Below, in pieces: positions 16,790 to 25,545 of a stretch of 64,000 nucleotides of DNA (its first letter is position 1; every line of letters begins with the position of its first letter). The stretch covers positions 67,299 through 131,298 of the forward strand of contig JACKEI010000003.1 of assembly GCA_020633075.1 (NCBI GenBank), written 5' to 3'. The notes below the pieces were generated by a model that had not been told where the DNA came from, searched no databases, and worked only from the letters and a program-made list of their open reading frames with translations. Source of the DNA: Sandaracinaceae bacterium. Lineage in GTDB: Bacteria; Myxococcota_A; Polyangia; Polyangiales; Houyiibacteriaceae. The position numbers and the translations under genes were made by a program.

Positions 16790-19700
16790 GCTCCGCACGA
16801 ATGATCTCTGCGCGCCCTTGGGCCGTCGCCTTCCTCCTGCTCGCTATCGGCCCGAGCACGGGCTGTAGCGTCCTCGACCTGCCGGACCCGCCTACCTTCG
16901 AGCTGAACGACAACGACCGCGTCTGCCGCGTGGACACCGACTGCGCGGGCGTCGAGATCGTCAGCGAGCGGGGCAACCTGATCGAGTCGTCCGACCCAGA
17001 TGGCGAGGCGGGCCCGCTGCCGGCTTGCCTCGGAGTCAGCGTCGTCTGCAACCTCAATCACGGCGTGTGCGAGGCCGAGGTGCGCGTGCGCGACGGTGAC
17101 GACGACGGCGCCTTCGACCCAGCCTGTCCGGGCTTCCCCTTCGCGCCTCTGGTCGAGGACTGCGACGACGAAAATCCGGACATCATCCAGCGGGATGCCG
17201 ACGGCGACGGGCAGGTCTCCGTGAGCTGCACACGCGAACCCGGGCCCGACTGCGACGACACACGCGACTCCGTCCGGAGCGGGGCCACGACCGAGATCTG
17301 TGACGGCTTCCTGAGCGACTGCGACGCCTGGGTGATGGGCGTCAGCCCCGCGAGGCCGGAAGAAGATCGGGATGGAGACCAGGTCGCGGCGCCTAGCGCC
17401 CCTTGCGAGGCACCCCCGCCCGGTGACCGGGGCCTGACCTCCGGCTTCCCCAAGACCGACTGCGACGACACCAACCCCTTCGTGTTTCCTGGGGCTCCCG
17501 AGGTCTGCGATGGTGCCATCAACGACTGCGGCCTCGGCAGCGGGCCCCGCGCGGGCGAGGACGACGACGGTGACGGCTTTGCCGCTCCCACGGCCACCTG
17601 CGTGGACAGCGAGGCCTTCCCCAAGACGGACTGCGACGACACGAACGCGGCGACCTACCCGGGAGCTCCCGAGATCTGCGACCGCCTGACGAACGACTGC
17701 AACATGCCTCAGGTCCCGCGCGTCGAAGAGGACTTCGATGGCGACGGTCTGGCCTCCTACGACGCGCCTTGCGCACCGGGACCCATCCCCTACGGCGAGT
17801 GCATCGACGGTGCGGACATGGAGCCCGACACCCGCTTCTGCTCGTTCCTCGAGCGTAGCCCGGGGCTGGACACCCTGACGGAAGCCGCCGCTGTCGCGTT
17901 CTACGACTACGACGGCGATGGCTTGGGGGACATCGTGGCCGGTAGCTCCAGCAACAACCCGGTGCGCCTCTATCTGCAAGCGGGGGCGGGGCAGTTCACG
18001 TCAGGGCCGAGCATCGTCTCGAGCGGTGCTCTGCGTGCGCTGCGCGTCGGGCGGCTGTTCGACGACGCGTACGAGGACCTGGTGCTGGTGCGTCAGTCCG
18101 GTGCCATCGAGGTGGTGTGCCACCCGCGTCAGATGGCGAACCCGTCCGTGAGCCGTGAGGTCGTGACCGGCTTCACGGGTGCGCGCGACGCCGCCGTGGT
18201 CCGACTGACCGACAGCATCCGCGCGGTGGTCGCCATCTCCCCCCTCAGCGGCAACCTCCAGATCGCAGCGCGCACGGAGGTACCGACGCGCTGCGCGGAC
18301 CTGACGGCCTTCGACAGCACGAGCATCGCGCTCGGCAGCGGGATGCCGTCCGCCGTGGCTGCGGGCAGGCTCCTGACACGCGCCACCGACGTAGAAGACG
18401 TGGTGGTCGCGACCTCCGAGGGCAATGTGCTCATCCTGCGCAACAACCCGGTGGCCATCGGTGGGCTCACGCTCGAGGGCATCCCCATCGCCACCGGCCT
18501 CGCCAACGCCCTGAGCGCAGGCGTCGCCGACTTCGACGGGGACGGGCGGCTGGACGTGGTGATCGGAAGCGCCACGGGAGCGCACTACCTGCGCAACACC
18601 AACGGGATGCGTGACGGGTTCGTCGTCAGCGACATCCCGGACAGCCCGCCCGGTGTCGTCAGCGTCTACGCGGCCGACATCAACCTGGACGGCCGCGCGG
18701 ACTTGGTGACGGCGTCCGCAATCCGCGACAGCGTGGACTGGTGGGAGCTGCGCGACGGGAGGTGGGTGAAGCACCCGCTCGTGTCGGACTTCAACGACGC
18801 CAACGCCGCGGTGGCGGGTGACGTGGACGGCGACGGCGACCTGGACGTGATCGGCGTCGCGCGCGGCGCGGACCTGGTGACCTGGTGGACGACCGAGGTC
18901 ACCAGCAACGCCGGCTTTACCCGCTCCAAGGTGGACCGCGCCTTCGACGGCGCGAGCGTGACGGTGGCGGCCGAGATCAACGGCGACGGGCGTCCGGACA
19001 TCGTGGGGCTGGGCAGCGCCCTGCTCTCGTGGTGGGCCGTGCAGGGCTCCGCGTCGGCGCCTGTGTATGCCGAGTCCACCATCGCAAACCTCAACGGGGG
19101 CCGTGCGCTCGCTGCGGGGGACCTCAACGCGGACGGGCTGACCGACCTGGCCGTGGCCGACCTCGACGGCGTGCGCGTGATGCTCAACCGCGGGGCCGGG
19201 GCTCAGTGGGCCATCCTCGCAGGGACCAACGGCCTCGGGTCGGGCACCGGGGTGCTCGACCTCGCGCTCGGCGACGTGACGGGAGATGGGCTGGTCGACG
19301 TGGTGGGCGTGACGGCGACGTCGCTGCGCTTCTGGGCCAATTCGGGAGGCTCCACACCTACGTTCACCATGACCGACGTCGGCGCGCAGACGGGCGCGAC
19401 GGGGGTGGCGCTGGGCGACACCAACGGAGACGGCCTGCTGGACATCGTCGTGTCCAACACCCAGGCGCCGGGGACGGCTGGCCTACAGGTCTTCGCGCGC
19501 CCGTCGGCTGGAGCTGCCTTCGTCGCGACGCTCATCGCGGACGCGCCACAGGCCACGGACGTGGCGGTGGGTGACATCGACGGGGATGGTCGCGCTGAGA
19601 TCTTCTCGGGCGCGTTCAACCTCGCGTCGCTGGTTGCGTACTGGTCGTGGAGCGGCACGGCCTACGTGCGGCACGTGCTCTCCACCGAGTCCAACGCCAC

Positions 19701-19989
19701 GTGGACCCACCGTCTCACGCTCGCGGACGTGGACGCGGACGGAGACCAGGACGTGGTGGTCGCGTTCGCCACGCCCGTCGCGGTGCGCTGGTTCGAGAAC
19801 GTCAACGGCACCGACGCGGGCTGGGTGCTGCACGAGCTGACGAGGCTGGGAGCGATCGGCGACGGGTTGGCCGCGGCCGACTTCGACGCCGACGGGGACA
19901 CCGACCTCGCCGTGGCTCACGGCGGGGACTCCGAGGTGGTGCTCTACAAGAACGATGGTGTTGCGTGGTGGCGTCCAGGCGGTAGATAG
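16786..19989 (+). CDS. Large lipoprotein with Cys-rich MopE-type 'putative metal-binding' repeats and multiple FG-GAP/VCBS repeats
   Basis: ATG 16786 overlaps the upstream stop (ATGA). The lipobox is LLLAIGPSTGC. There are four copies of DCDD.NP...PGAPE.CD...NDC, followed by at least 10 D.(D/N).DG..D(L/I/V)V Ca-binding-type FG-GAP motifs (DFDGDGRLDVV, DVDGDGDLDV, DLNADGLTDLA, and others). Confidence 0.8.
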   Translation: MSSARMISARPWAVAFLLLAIGPSTGCSVLDLPDPPTFELNDNDRVCRVDTDCAGVEIVSERGNLIESSDPDGEAGPLPACLGVSVVCNLNHGVCEAEVRVRDGDDDGAFDPACPGFPFAPLVEDCDDENPDIIQRDADGDGQVSVSCTREPGPDCDDTRDSVRSGATTEICDGFLSDCDAWVMGVSPARPEEDRDGDQVAAPSAPCEAPPPGDRGLTSGFPKTDCDDTNPFVFPGAPEVCDGAINDCGLGSGPRAGEDDDGDGFAAPTATCVDSEAFPKTDCDDTNAATYPGAPEICDRLTNDCNMPQVPRVEEDFDGDGLASYDAPCAPGPIPYGECIDGADMEPDTRFCSFLERSPGLDTLTEAAAVAFYDYDGDGLGDIVAGSSSNNPVRLYLQAGAGQFTSGPSIVSSGALRALRVGRLFDDAYEDLVLVRQSGAIEVVCHPRQMANPSVSREVVTGFTGARDAAVVRLTDSIRAVVAISPLSGNLQIAARTEVPTRCADLTAFDSTSIALGSGMPSAVAAGRLLTRATDVEDVVVATSEGNVLILRNNPVAIGGLTLEGIPIATGLANALSAGVADFDGDGRLDVVIGSATGAHYLRNTNGMRDGFVVSDIPDSPPGVVSVYAADINLDGRADLVTASAIRDSVDWWELRDGRWVKHPLVSDFNDANAAVAGDVDGDGDLDVIGVARGADLVTWWTTEVTSNAGFTRSKVDRAFDGASVTVAAEINGDGRPDIVGLGSALLSWWAVQGSASAPVYAESTIANLNGGRALAAGDLNADGLTDLAVADLDGVRVMLNRGAGAQWAILAGTNGLGSGTGVLDLALGDVTGDGLVDVVGVTATSLRFWANSGGSTPTFTMTDVGAQTGATGVALGDTNGDGLLDIVVSNTQAPGTAGLQVFARPSAGAAFVATLIADAPQATDVAVGDIDGDGRAEIFSGAFNLASLVAYWSWSGTAYVRHVLSTESNATWTHRLTLADVDADGDQDVVVAFATPVAVRWFENVNGTDAGWVLHELTRLGAIGDGLAAADFDADGDTDLAVAHGGDSEVVLYKNDGVAWWRPGGR

Positions 19990-20006
19990 GGGCTCGACCG
20001 AGCCCC

Positions 20007-21689
20007 ATGAGCGACCCTTCCGACAAGCCACCTGCGGCGCTGCAGGTCACGATCGACGCGCGCGTCCCGCTGCCCGCCCACGGGCTGGGGACCGCGCCCG
20101 CCGAGGCGGCCGACACGGACGCGGTGATGGCGACCGTGCAGCTGCTCGAGTGGCTGGACGAGGACCAGGCGCGCGTGATGGCCATCGACGAGGAGCTGCG
20201 CACGCGCTTGATGATCGCGGCCGGCAAGCTGGCGCGGCCAGGGCGCGACGACCGTAAGCGCCGCGTGAAGGAGCAGCGACGAGCCCGACGCCGTGACAAG
20301 CGCGAGGCCGACGAGGAGCAGCTGAACGCGACGGGCATCCGCCGCAAGCGCGAGGACCCGGTCTACGTCACCCCTCGCGCGCCGGCGCTCTTGATGGGCT
20401 CGGCGGCGGGCAGCGTGGAGGCTCAGCTGGAGGCGCACCAGGCGCTGGGGGCGGAGGGCGTCGCGGATGGGGCGGCGGAAGACGCGAGCCCAGCGGACGC
20501 GCCCCGCGTGCAGGAGGCGCGCGTCTGCTACGTGTGCAAGCAGGGCTACGAGACCCTGCACCACTTCTACGATCAGCTGTGCCCGGCCTGTGGCGACTTC
20601 GGCTTCGCCAAGCGCTCCCAGACCGCCGACCTGCGCGGGCGCGTCGCGCTCGTCACGGGGGCGCGCGTCAAGATCGGCTACCAGGCAGCCATCATGCTGC
20701 TACGCGCGGGGGCCCGCGTGATCGTCACCACGCGCTTCCCACGCGACGCGGCCGCCCGCTACGCCCGGGAGGAGGACTTCGAGGACTTCCGTGATCGCCT
20801 CGAGGTGCACGGGCTGGACCTGCGTCACACGCCCAGCGTGGAGCTGTTCGCGCAGCACCTGTCGGACACCCTGCCCACGCTGGACTTCATCATCCACAAC
20901 GCCTGCCAGACCGTGCGTCGCCCGCCGGGCTTCTACGGCCACCTGGTGAGCGGCGAGCGCGAGTCCACGCCTCTCAGCGCCGAAGCCGAGTCCCTGGTGG
21001 CCGCGCACGAGGCGTTCAAGCGCGACTCCGCCAAGGCGCTGGCCACCGTCAGCGAGGTGCCTCAGCTGTTGCAGGCTGCGGGCATCCAGCACGCCGCCGC
21101 GCTGACCCAGGTGCCGCTGGTGGCGGGCGACGAGGACCGCAGCGAGGCCCTCTTCCCGAAGGACCAGCTGGACGCGGACCTCCAGCAGCGCGACCTGCGC
21201 GACCAGAACAGCTGGCGGCTGACGCTGGCCGAGGTGCCCACGGTGGAGCTCCTGGAGGTGCAGCTGGTCAACGCCATCGCGCCCTTCGTGCTGAACGCGC
21301 GGCTGAAGGCGTTGATGACGCGCACCCGCACGGGCGACAAGCACATCGTCAACGTGTCCGCCATGGAGGGGCAGTTCTACCGCGCCTTCAAGACCGACAA
21401 GCACCCGCACACCAACATGGCCAAGGCCGCGCTCAACATGATGACGCGCACCTCGGCCATCGACTACGTGCGCGACGGCATCCACATGAACAGCGTGGAC
21501 ACCGGCTGGGTCAGCGACGAGGACCCCGTGGGGCTCGCGGCCTACAAGCAGGTGGTCCACCGCTTTCACCCCCCGCTGGACATCGTGGACGGCGCGGCCC
21601 GCATCGTGGACCCCATCCTGCACGGGGTGAACACGGGCGAGCACGTGTGGGGGCAGTTCCTCAAGGACTACCGGTCAGTGCCCTGGTGA
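20007..21689 (+). CDS. SDR-family oxidoreductase with a long charged N-terminal extension and a CxxC...CxxC zinc-ribbon-like motif
   Basis: 560 aa. The zinc-ribbon-like motif is CYVCKQGYETLHHFYDQLCPAC. The Rossmann motif is ALVTGARVKIGY and the catalytic region is NVSAMEGQFYRAF...HPHTNMAKAALNMMTRT. The N-terminus has KRRVKEQRRARRRDKREADEE. Confidence 0.75.
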   Translation: MSDPSDKPPAALQVTIDARVPLPAHGLGTAPAEAADTDAVMATVQLLEWLDEDQARVMAIDEELRTRLMIAAGKLARPGRDDRKRRVKEQRRARRRDKREADEEQLNATGIRRKREDPVYVTPRAPALLMGSAAGSVEAQLEAHQALGAEGVADGAAEDASPADAPRVQEARVCYVCKQGYETLHHFYDQLCPACGDFGFAKRSQTADLRGRVALVTGARVKIGYQAAIMLLRAGARVIVTTRFPRDAAARYAREEDFEDFRDRLEVHGLDLRHTPSVELFAQHLSDTLPTLDFIIHNACQTVRRPPGFYGHLVSGERESTPLSAEAESLVAAHEAFKRDSAKALATVSEVPQLLQAAGIQHAAALTQVPLVAGDEDRSEALFPKDQLDADLQQRDLRDQNSWRLTLAEVPTVELLEVQLVNAIAPFVLNARLKALMTRTRTGDKHIVNVSAMEGQFYRAFKTDKHPHTNMAKAALNMMTRTSAIDYVRDGIHMNSVDTGWVSDEDPVGLAAYKQVVHRFHPPLDIVDGAARIVDPILHGVNTGEHVWGQFLKDYRSVPW

Positions 21690-21783
21690 GCTCCGATTGA
21701 ATGTGCGGAGCCCCGCGGCCGTCTCGAACCCATCCCAATTTCCGGCCTGACCAGGCACACTCCCCCGCAGGAGACTCCCACGC

Positions 21784-22380
21784 ATGACTCGCCCCCGCGC
21801 CCTTCGCAGCCTCTTGGTCCTCAGCCTGCTCGCCATCCCCGTGGTGGCCTACGCGCAGGCGCGCACCTTCACCATCGGCAGCGGCAGCCGCATCGCCTTC
21901 ACGTCCAACGCGCCCCTCGAGACCATCAACGGCACCAGCTCCACGGTGCGCGGCAGCGTCTCCGTCAACCCGGCCAACCTGGGCAGCGTGAGCGGCCGCA
22001 TCGAGGTGCCCGTGCGCTCGCTGCGGACCGGGCTCGACCTGCGCGACGAGCACCTGCACGGCGACGGCTGGCTGGACGCAGCGCGCTACCCCAACGCGGT
22101 CTTCGAGATCGACAGCGTGCAGGGCGCGAGCGCGCTCACGCCCAACGTCGAGGCGCGCGTCACCGTGGTGGGGCGCTTCACCCTGCATGGCCAGACGCAC
22201 CCGGTCCGCGCCGAGACGCGCGTCAAGCTGGTGACGGGGGACGGTCCGGACCACCTCCGGGTGCGCAGCCGCTTCACCATCAACCTGCCCCAGTACGGCG
22301 TGTCGGTCCCCGCGCTGGTGCGCGCCAAGGTCAGCGACACCATCAGCGTGAACATCACGCTGCGCGCCAACGCGAGCTGA
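21784..22380 (+). CDS. YceI family periplasmic protein
   Basis: 198 aa with a signal peptide, and F.I...S.I.F......ETINGTS..V.G......G.I.VPV.SL.TG...RDEHL.....LDAARYP...F, the typical YceI pattern. Confidence 0.85.
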   Translation: MTRPRALRSLLVLSLLAIPVVAYAQARTFTIGSGSRIAFTSNAPLETINGTSSTVRGSVSVNPANLGSVSGRIEVPVRSLRTGLDLRDEHLHGDGWLDAARYPNAVFEIDSVQGASALTPNVEARVTVVGRFTLHGQTHPVRAETRVKLVTGDGPDHLRVRSRFTINLPQYGVSVPALVRAKVSDTISVNITLRANAS

Positions 22381-22390
22381 GCGGCACGGG

Positions 22391-23734
22391 TCAGCTGTGG
22401 AGGGCCTGTGCGCTCAGCATCGAGAGCGCCGCGTCCAGACCGCTGGCGACGCAGTCGGGCACTCCGATGCCGTCGTAGCCGTTGCCGGCGAGCTCGATAC
22501 CATGGCTGCGCGCTCGCTCCTTCGCGCGCGTCGCGAGCGCGCGGTGCCCGGGGGCATAGACAGGCAGCGCGTTGCGGCGACGCTTGGTGCGCGTGAGCAC
22601 CGGGGTCGCCGTGATGCCCGCGAAGTGTCGCAGCTCCTCGCGCGTCAGCTGCACCAGCTCGTCGTCGCTGCAGTCCGGCGCGTTCACCACACAGCGGACC
22701 AAGAAGCGGTCCCGCGGTGCGCGCCCACGCCACTTCTGGCTGGACCAGGTGCACGCCACCAGCGCGCGACCGAGGGCAGGGTCTACGAGAAAGCCCGTGC
22801 CCTCGATGCTCGGTAGGTCGCGGGCCTCGTAGCCCAGGGACACCACCTCGACGTCCGCTGAGCGCACCAGCGAGAGCTCGTCCGCCAGCGTCCCATCGAG
22901 TCCAGCGACGAGGCGCGCGGCGACGTGCGTCGGGCACGCCAGCACGACCGCGTCGGCCTCGATGTCGCCGTGCCGACTGGTCGCGACCGCCAGCCGCCCG
23001 TTGGCCTTGCGGCGTATGCTCTGGGCCGGCACCGACAGGTGCGTGTAGGGCGCGACGTCGTGGCCGAGCGCGTCCACGAGGGTCTGCATGCCCCCCGAAA
23101 GCGACACCAGCCCTCCCTGCGTCCCTGCGCGAGGCGCGAGCATGAGCGCGACCCCCACGCTGCCGTAGCGGCGCTCGTGCTCCGCGAGCTTGGGCATGGC
23201 CCCCTGCATCCCCAACGCGCTCGCCGGCGACCCGAAGACGCCGCGCAGCATGGGCTCCACGATGTGGTCGGAGACCTCGTGCCCGAAGCGTCGCGACACG
23301 AAGCCCGAGACGCTCTCCTCTTCGCGTGCGCGGGGTACGAAGGGCTCCATGAGCAGGCGCAGCTTGGCTCCGGGGCTGAGCAAGCGGGAGCTCAGCAGCT
23401 CCCAGATGGCCCCGCGCTCGAAGCGAAAGAGGCTCGCGGGGAGGGGTTCGAGGCCGTGCTCGGTGGCGATGTAGGCCCGCCGCGGCGTGTTGCCCCCCCC
23501 GACGACCTTGCTGTCGAGGCCCAAACCGGAGACGTGCCCCGCCATGTTGGCCTTGCTGATCAGGAAGCCATCGGCGCCGTACTCCACGACCCAGCCCTCG
23601 GTGCGCTCGGACTCCACCAGCCCGCCGATGCGCGCGCTGCTCTCGAGAACCGTCACGCTGGCCCCGCCGCGGCGCAGGCGGCTGGCGGCGGTCAGCCCGG
23701 CCACCCCCGCGCCGATCACCACCACGCTCGTCAC
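22391..23734 (-). CDS. hemY: Protoporphyrinogen/coproporphyrinogen III oxidase (HemY/CgoX type, FAD-dependent)
   Basis: The dinucleotide fold is VVVIGAGVAGLTAA...VLESS.RIGG. It is colinear with B. subtilis HemY at GTGFLV, ACTWSSQKW, LPVYAPGH and GIGVPDCVASG. The preferred GTG start at 23734 overlaps the upstream stop (GTGA). The ORF track extends to 23767. Confidence 0.8.
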   Translation of the reverse strand: MTSVVVIGAGVAGLTAASRLRRGGASVTVLESSARIGGLVESERTEGWVVEYGADGFLISKANMAGHVSGLGLDSKVVGGGNTPRRAYIATEHGLEPLPASLFRFERGAIWELLSSRLLSPGAKLRLLMEPFVPRAREEESVSGFVSRRFGHEVSDHIVEPMLRGVFGSPASALGMQGAMPKLAEHERRYGSVGVALMLAPRAGTQGGLVSLSGGMQTLVDALGHDVAPYTHLSVPAQSIRRKANGRLAVATSRHGDIEADAVVLACPTHVAARLVAGLDGTLADELSLVRSADVEVVSLGYEARDLPSIEGTGFLVDPALGRALVACTWSSQKWRGRAPRDRFLVRCVVNAPDCSDDELVQLTREELRHFAGITATPVLTRTKRRRNALPVYAPGHRALATRAKERARSHGIELAGNGYDGIGVPDCVASGLDAALSMLSAQALHS

Positions 23735-24822
23735 GAGGCCCTCGCTGCGGGTGGCTCGTAGGGACACGCGGGGTCCTCCGCCAGCAGGTCACCGGTGGCC
23801 GCGTAGCCCCGCGCCCGCGAGCCGCCGCAGACCTTGCGAAACTCGCAGACCCCGCAGGCGCCGCCCAAGGCGTCTGGGTCGCGCAGCGCCCGGAAGGTGG
23901 CCGAGTCGCGGTAGGTACGCCGCAGCCCTTCCATTCTCACGTTGCCCGCCACGATGGGGAGAAAGCCGCTCGGCTGGATGTCGCCGGTGTGCGAGACGAA
24001 GGCCACTCCCTGGCCGTCGTTGATGCCGCGCCGCACACGCATCACGCCCTCGTCGCTGGGACCGGCCTGGCGCAGCCCGACGATGTCGTTGCGCTTCGCC
24101 TTGTGCTGCAGCAGCACACGCCGGAACTGGGGCGCGGCCGTGGTCTTCACGTCGTAAGGCGCCCGCTTGGACAGCGCCGCGAGCCACACCAGCAGCCGCT
24201 CCACCTGGGCCGCCGGGAGCGTCTGGTCCACGCGCGCCCGGCCGACCGGCACCACGAAGAACACGCCCCAGAGGTCGATGCGACGCTCGGCGAGCTGTGT
24301 CGCCAGCAGCGGCAGCTCGCCCACGTTGTCGAGGCACACGCTGGTGTTGGCTTGCGTGGAGATCCCCAGGTCTCGCGCGTGGTCCAGGATCTGGTGGGAG
24401 CGGCTCCACGAGCCGACCACGCCTCGGAAGCGGTCATGCGTCCCCGCGCTCGAACCGTCGATGCTGATGGCGACGCGAGCGATGCCCGCGTCCTGCATCT
24501 CGGCGAGCCAGTCTCTGGTCACGAGGGGCGTGGCGCTGGGGGTGAGCGCCATGCGCAGGCCCAGGTTGGTGCCGTGCCGCACCAGCTGCACGAGATCGCT
24601 GCGCTTCGCCGGGTCGCCGCCGGTCAGCACCACCAGCTTGGTGCCCATGGCGGCTGCCTCGTCCAGCAGACGCTTGCCTTCGCGCGTGGTGAGCTCGCGG
24701 GGGTCCCTGTCGGGCACGGCACACGCGCGGCAGTGCAAGCACGCCAGGTCGCACGCCCGCGTCGTCTCCCAGAACAGGATGAAGGGGGCTTCGTCGAAGG
24801 GCACTGCGTTGGGCCTTTCCAT
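23731..24822 (-). CDS. Radical SAM/SPASM-domain enzyme (AhbD/NirJ-like)
   Basis: 363 aa. The CxxxCxxC cluster is TTRACDLACLHCRA. A GGDP-type SAM motif reads VLTGGDP. The C-terminal SPASM-type Cys cluster reads GACGVCEFRKVCGGSRARGY...DPACPY. Confidence 0.85.
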   Translation of the reverse strand: MERPNAVPFDEAPFILFWETTRACDLACLHCRACAVPDRDPRELTTREGKRLLDEAAAMGTKLVVLTGGDPAKRSDLVQLVRHGTNLGLRMALTPSATPLVTRDWLAEMQDAGIARVAISIDGSSAGTHDRFRGVVGSWSRSHQILDHARDLGISTQANTSVCLDNVGELPLLATQLAERRIDLWGVFFVVPVGRARVDQTLPAAQVERLLVWLAALSKRAPYDVKTTAAPQFRRVLLQHKAKRNDIVGLRQAGPSDEGVMRVRRGINDGQGVAFVSHTGDIQPSGFLPIVAGNVRMEGLRRTYRDSATFRALRDPDALGGACGVCEFRKVCGGSRARGYAATGDLLAEDPACPYEPPAARAS

Positions 24823-24902
24823 GCAACCTCGCTTTCTCCTGCTGAGCTTGGGGGCTGGCGCGGTGCGCGGCCATGACCTTGATCATGTCCACGGGCTTTT
24901 CG

Positions 24903-25460
24903 TCACCCCCCGATCCCGAGGCGCTGCTCCAGCTCCAGCGCGAGCGGGAAGAGCACCGAGTCCTCGAGCATCATGTGGCGCGTGAGGTCGACGTCGAGCG
25001 TGGCGAGGCCCTCGAGCAGGTTGCGCCACGGCTCGTCCGCGTCCGGCGGCGTCCCATAGTCGTCCGCGATGGCGCGGATGGCGCTCAAGAGCTCGTCCTC
25101 GACGGCGTGCTCGGCGCTCATGATGCGGAGGGGGTTGCGGAGGGAGTGAAAGCTGGGCGCGGGTAGCGGGGCCTCCCCGCGCGCGGCCGCGACGACCGCC
25201 AGCAGGTAGGGGAAGAGCACGCGCTCCTCGCGGTCCAGGTGAGAGTCGAGCTCGTCCGCGAGGTTCTGGATGTGTTCCGCCAGCTGGACCAGCTCGGGGT
25301 GGTCGCCTGCGTGCCGTCGCGTGACCTTCTCGGCGAGTCGGACCAGGCGGGGTAGCTCCCGGCGCTCCACGTCGTGGTGCTCCCGCAACACGAGCGCGAT
25401 CAGCTCTTCGATGTGTGTAGCGAGGTCGCCGAGCTTGGAGGAGGTGTCGATGTGCGTCAT
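24903..25460 (-). CDS. Hemerythrin-like domain protein (RIC C-terminal-domain paralog lacking the ScdA_N domain)
   Basis: ATG 25460 (MTHIDTSS). Two H..xE-type helices (LREHHDVERRELPRL, LDSHLDREERVLFPYL, MSAEHAVEDELL, LTRHMMLEDSVLFPLA) resemble the di-iron domain of YtfE/ScdA. Confidence 0.7.
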   Translation of the reverse strand: MTHIDTSSKLGDLATHIEELIALVLREHHDVERRELPRLVRLAEKVTRRHAGDHPELVQLAEHIQNLADELDSHLDREERVLFPYLLAVVAAARGEAPLPAPSFHSLRNPLRIMSAEHAVEDELLSAIRAIADDYGTPPDADEPWRNLLEGLATLDVDLTRHMMLEDSVLFPLALELEQRLGIGG

Positions 25461-25499
25461 GGCGGTCTCTAGACAGTGCGGCACTCACTCCGGTTCGCC

Positions 25500-25513
25500 A
25501 TGATCTATGTCAG
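25500..25513. promoter_or_regulatory. FNR/Dnr/NnrR-type box (ATGATCTATGTCAG) in the divergent hemerythrin / crp-fnr intergenic region
   Basis: The core is TGAT-N4-GTCA. It is 12/14 identical to the reverse complement of the box at 26267-26280. Its centre lies 46 bp upstream of the hemerythrin ATG. Confidence 0.5.
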
Positions 25514-25545
25514 CGCGGGCCGAGCCACGCGCTATAGTCCGCCGC

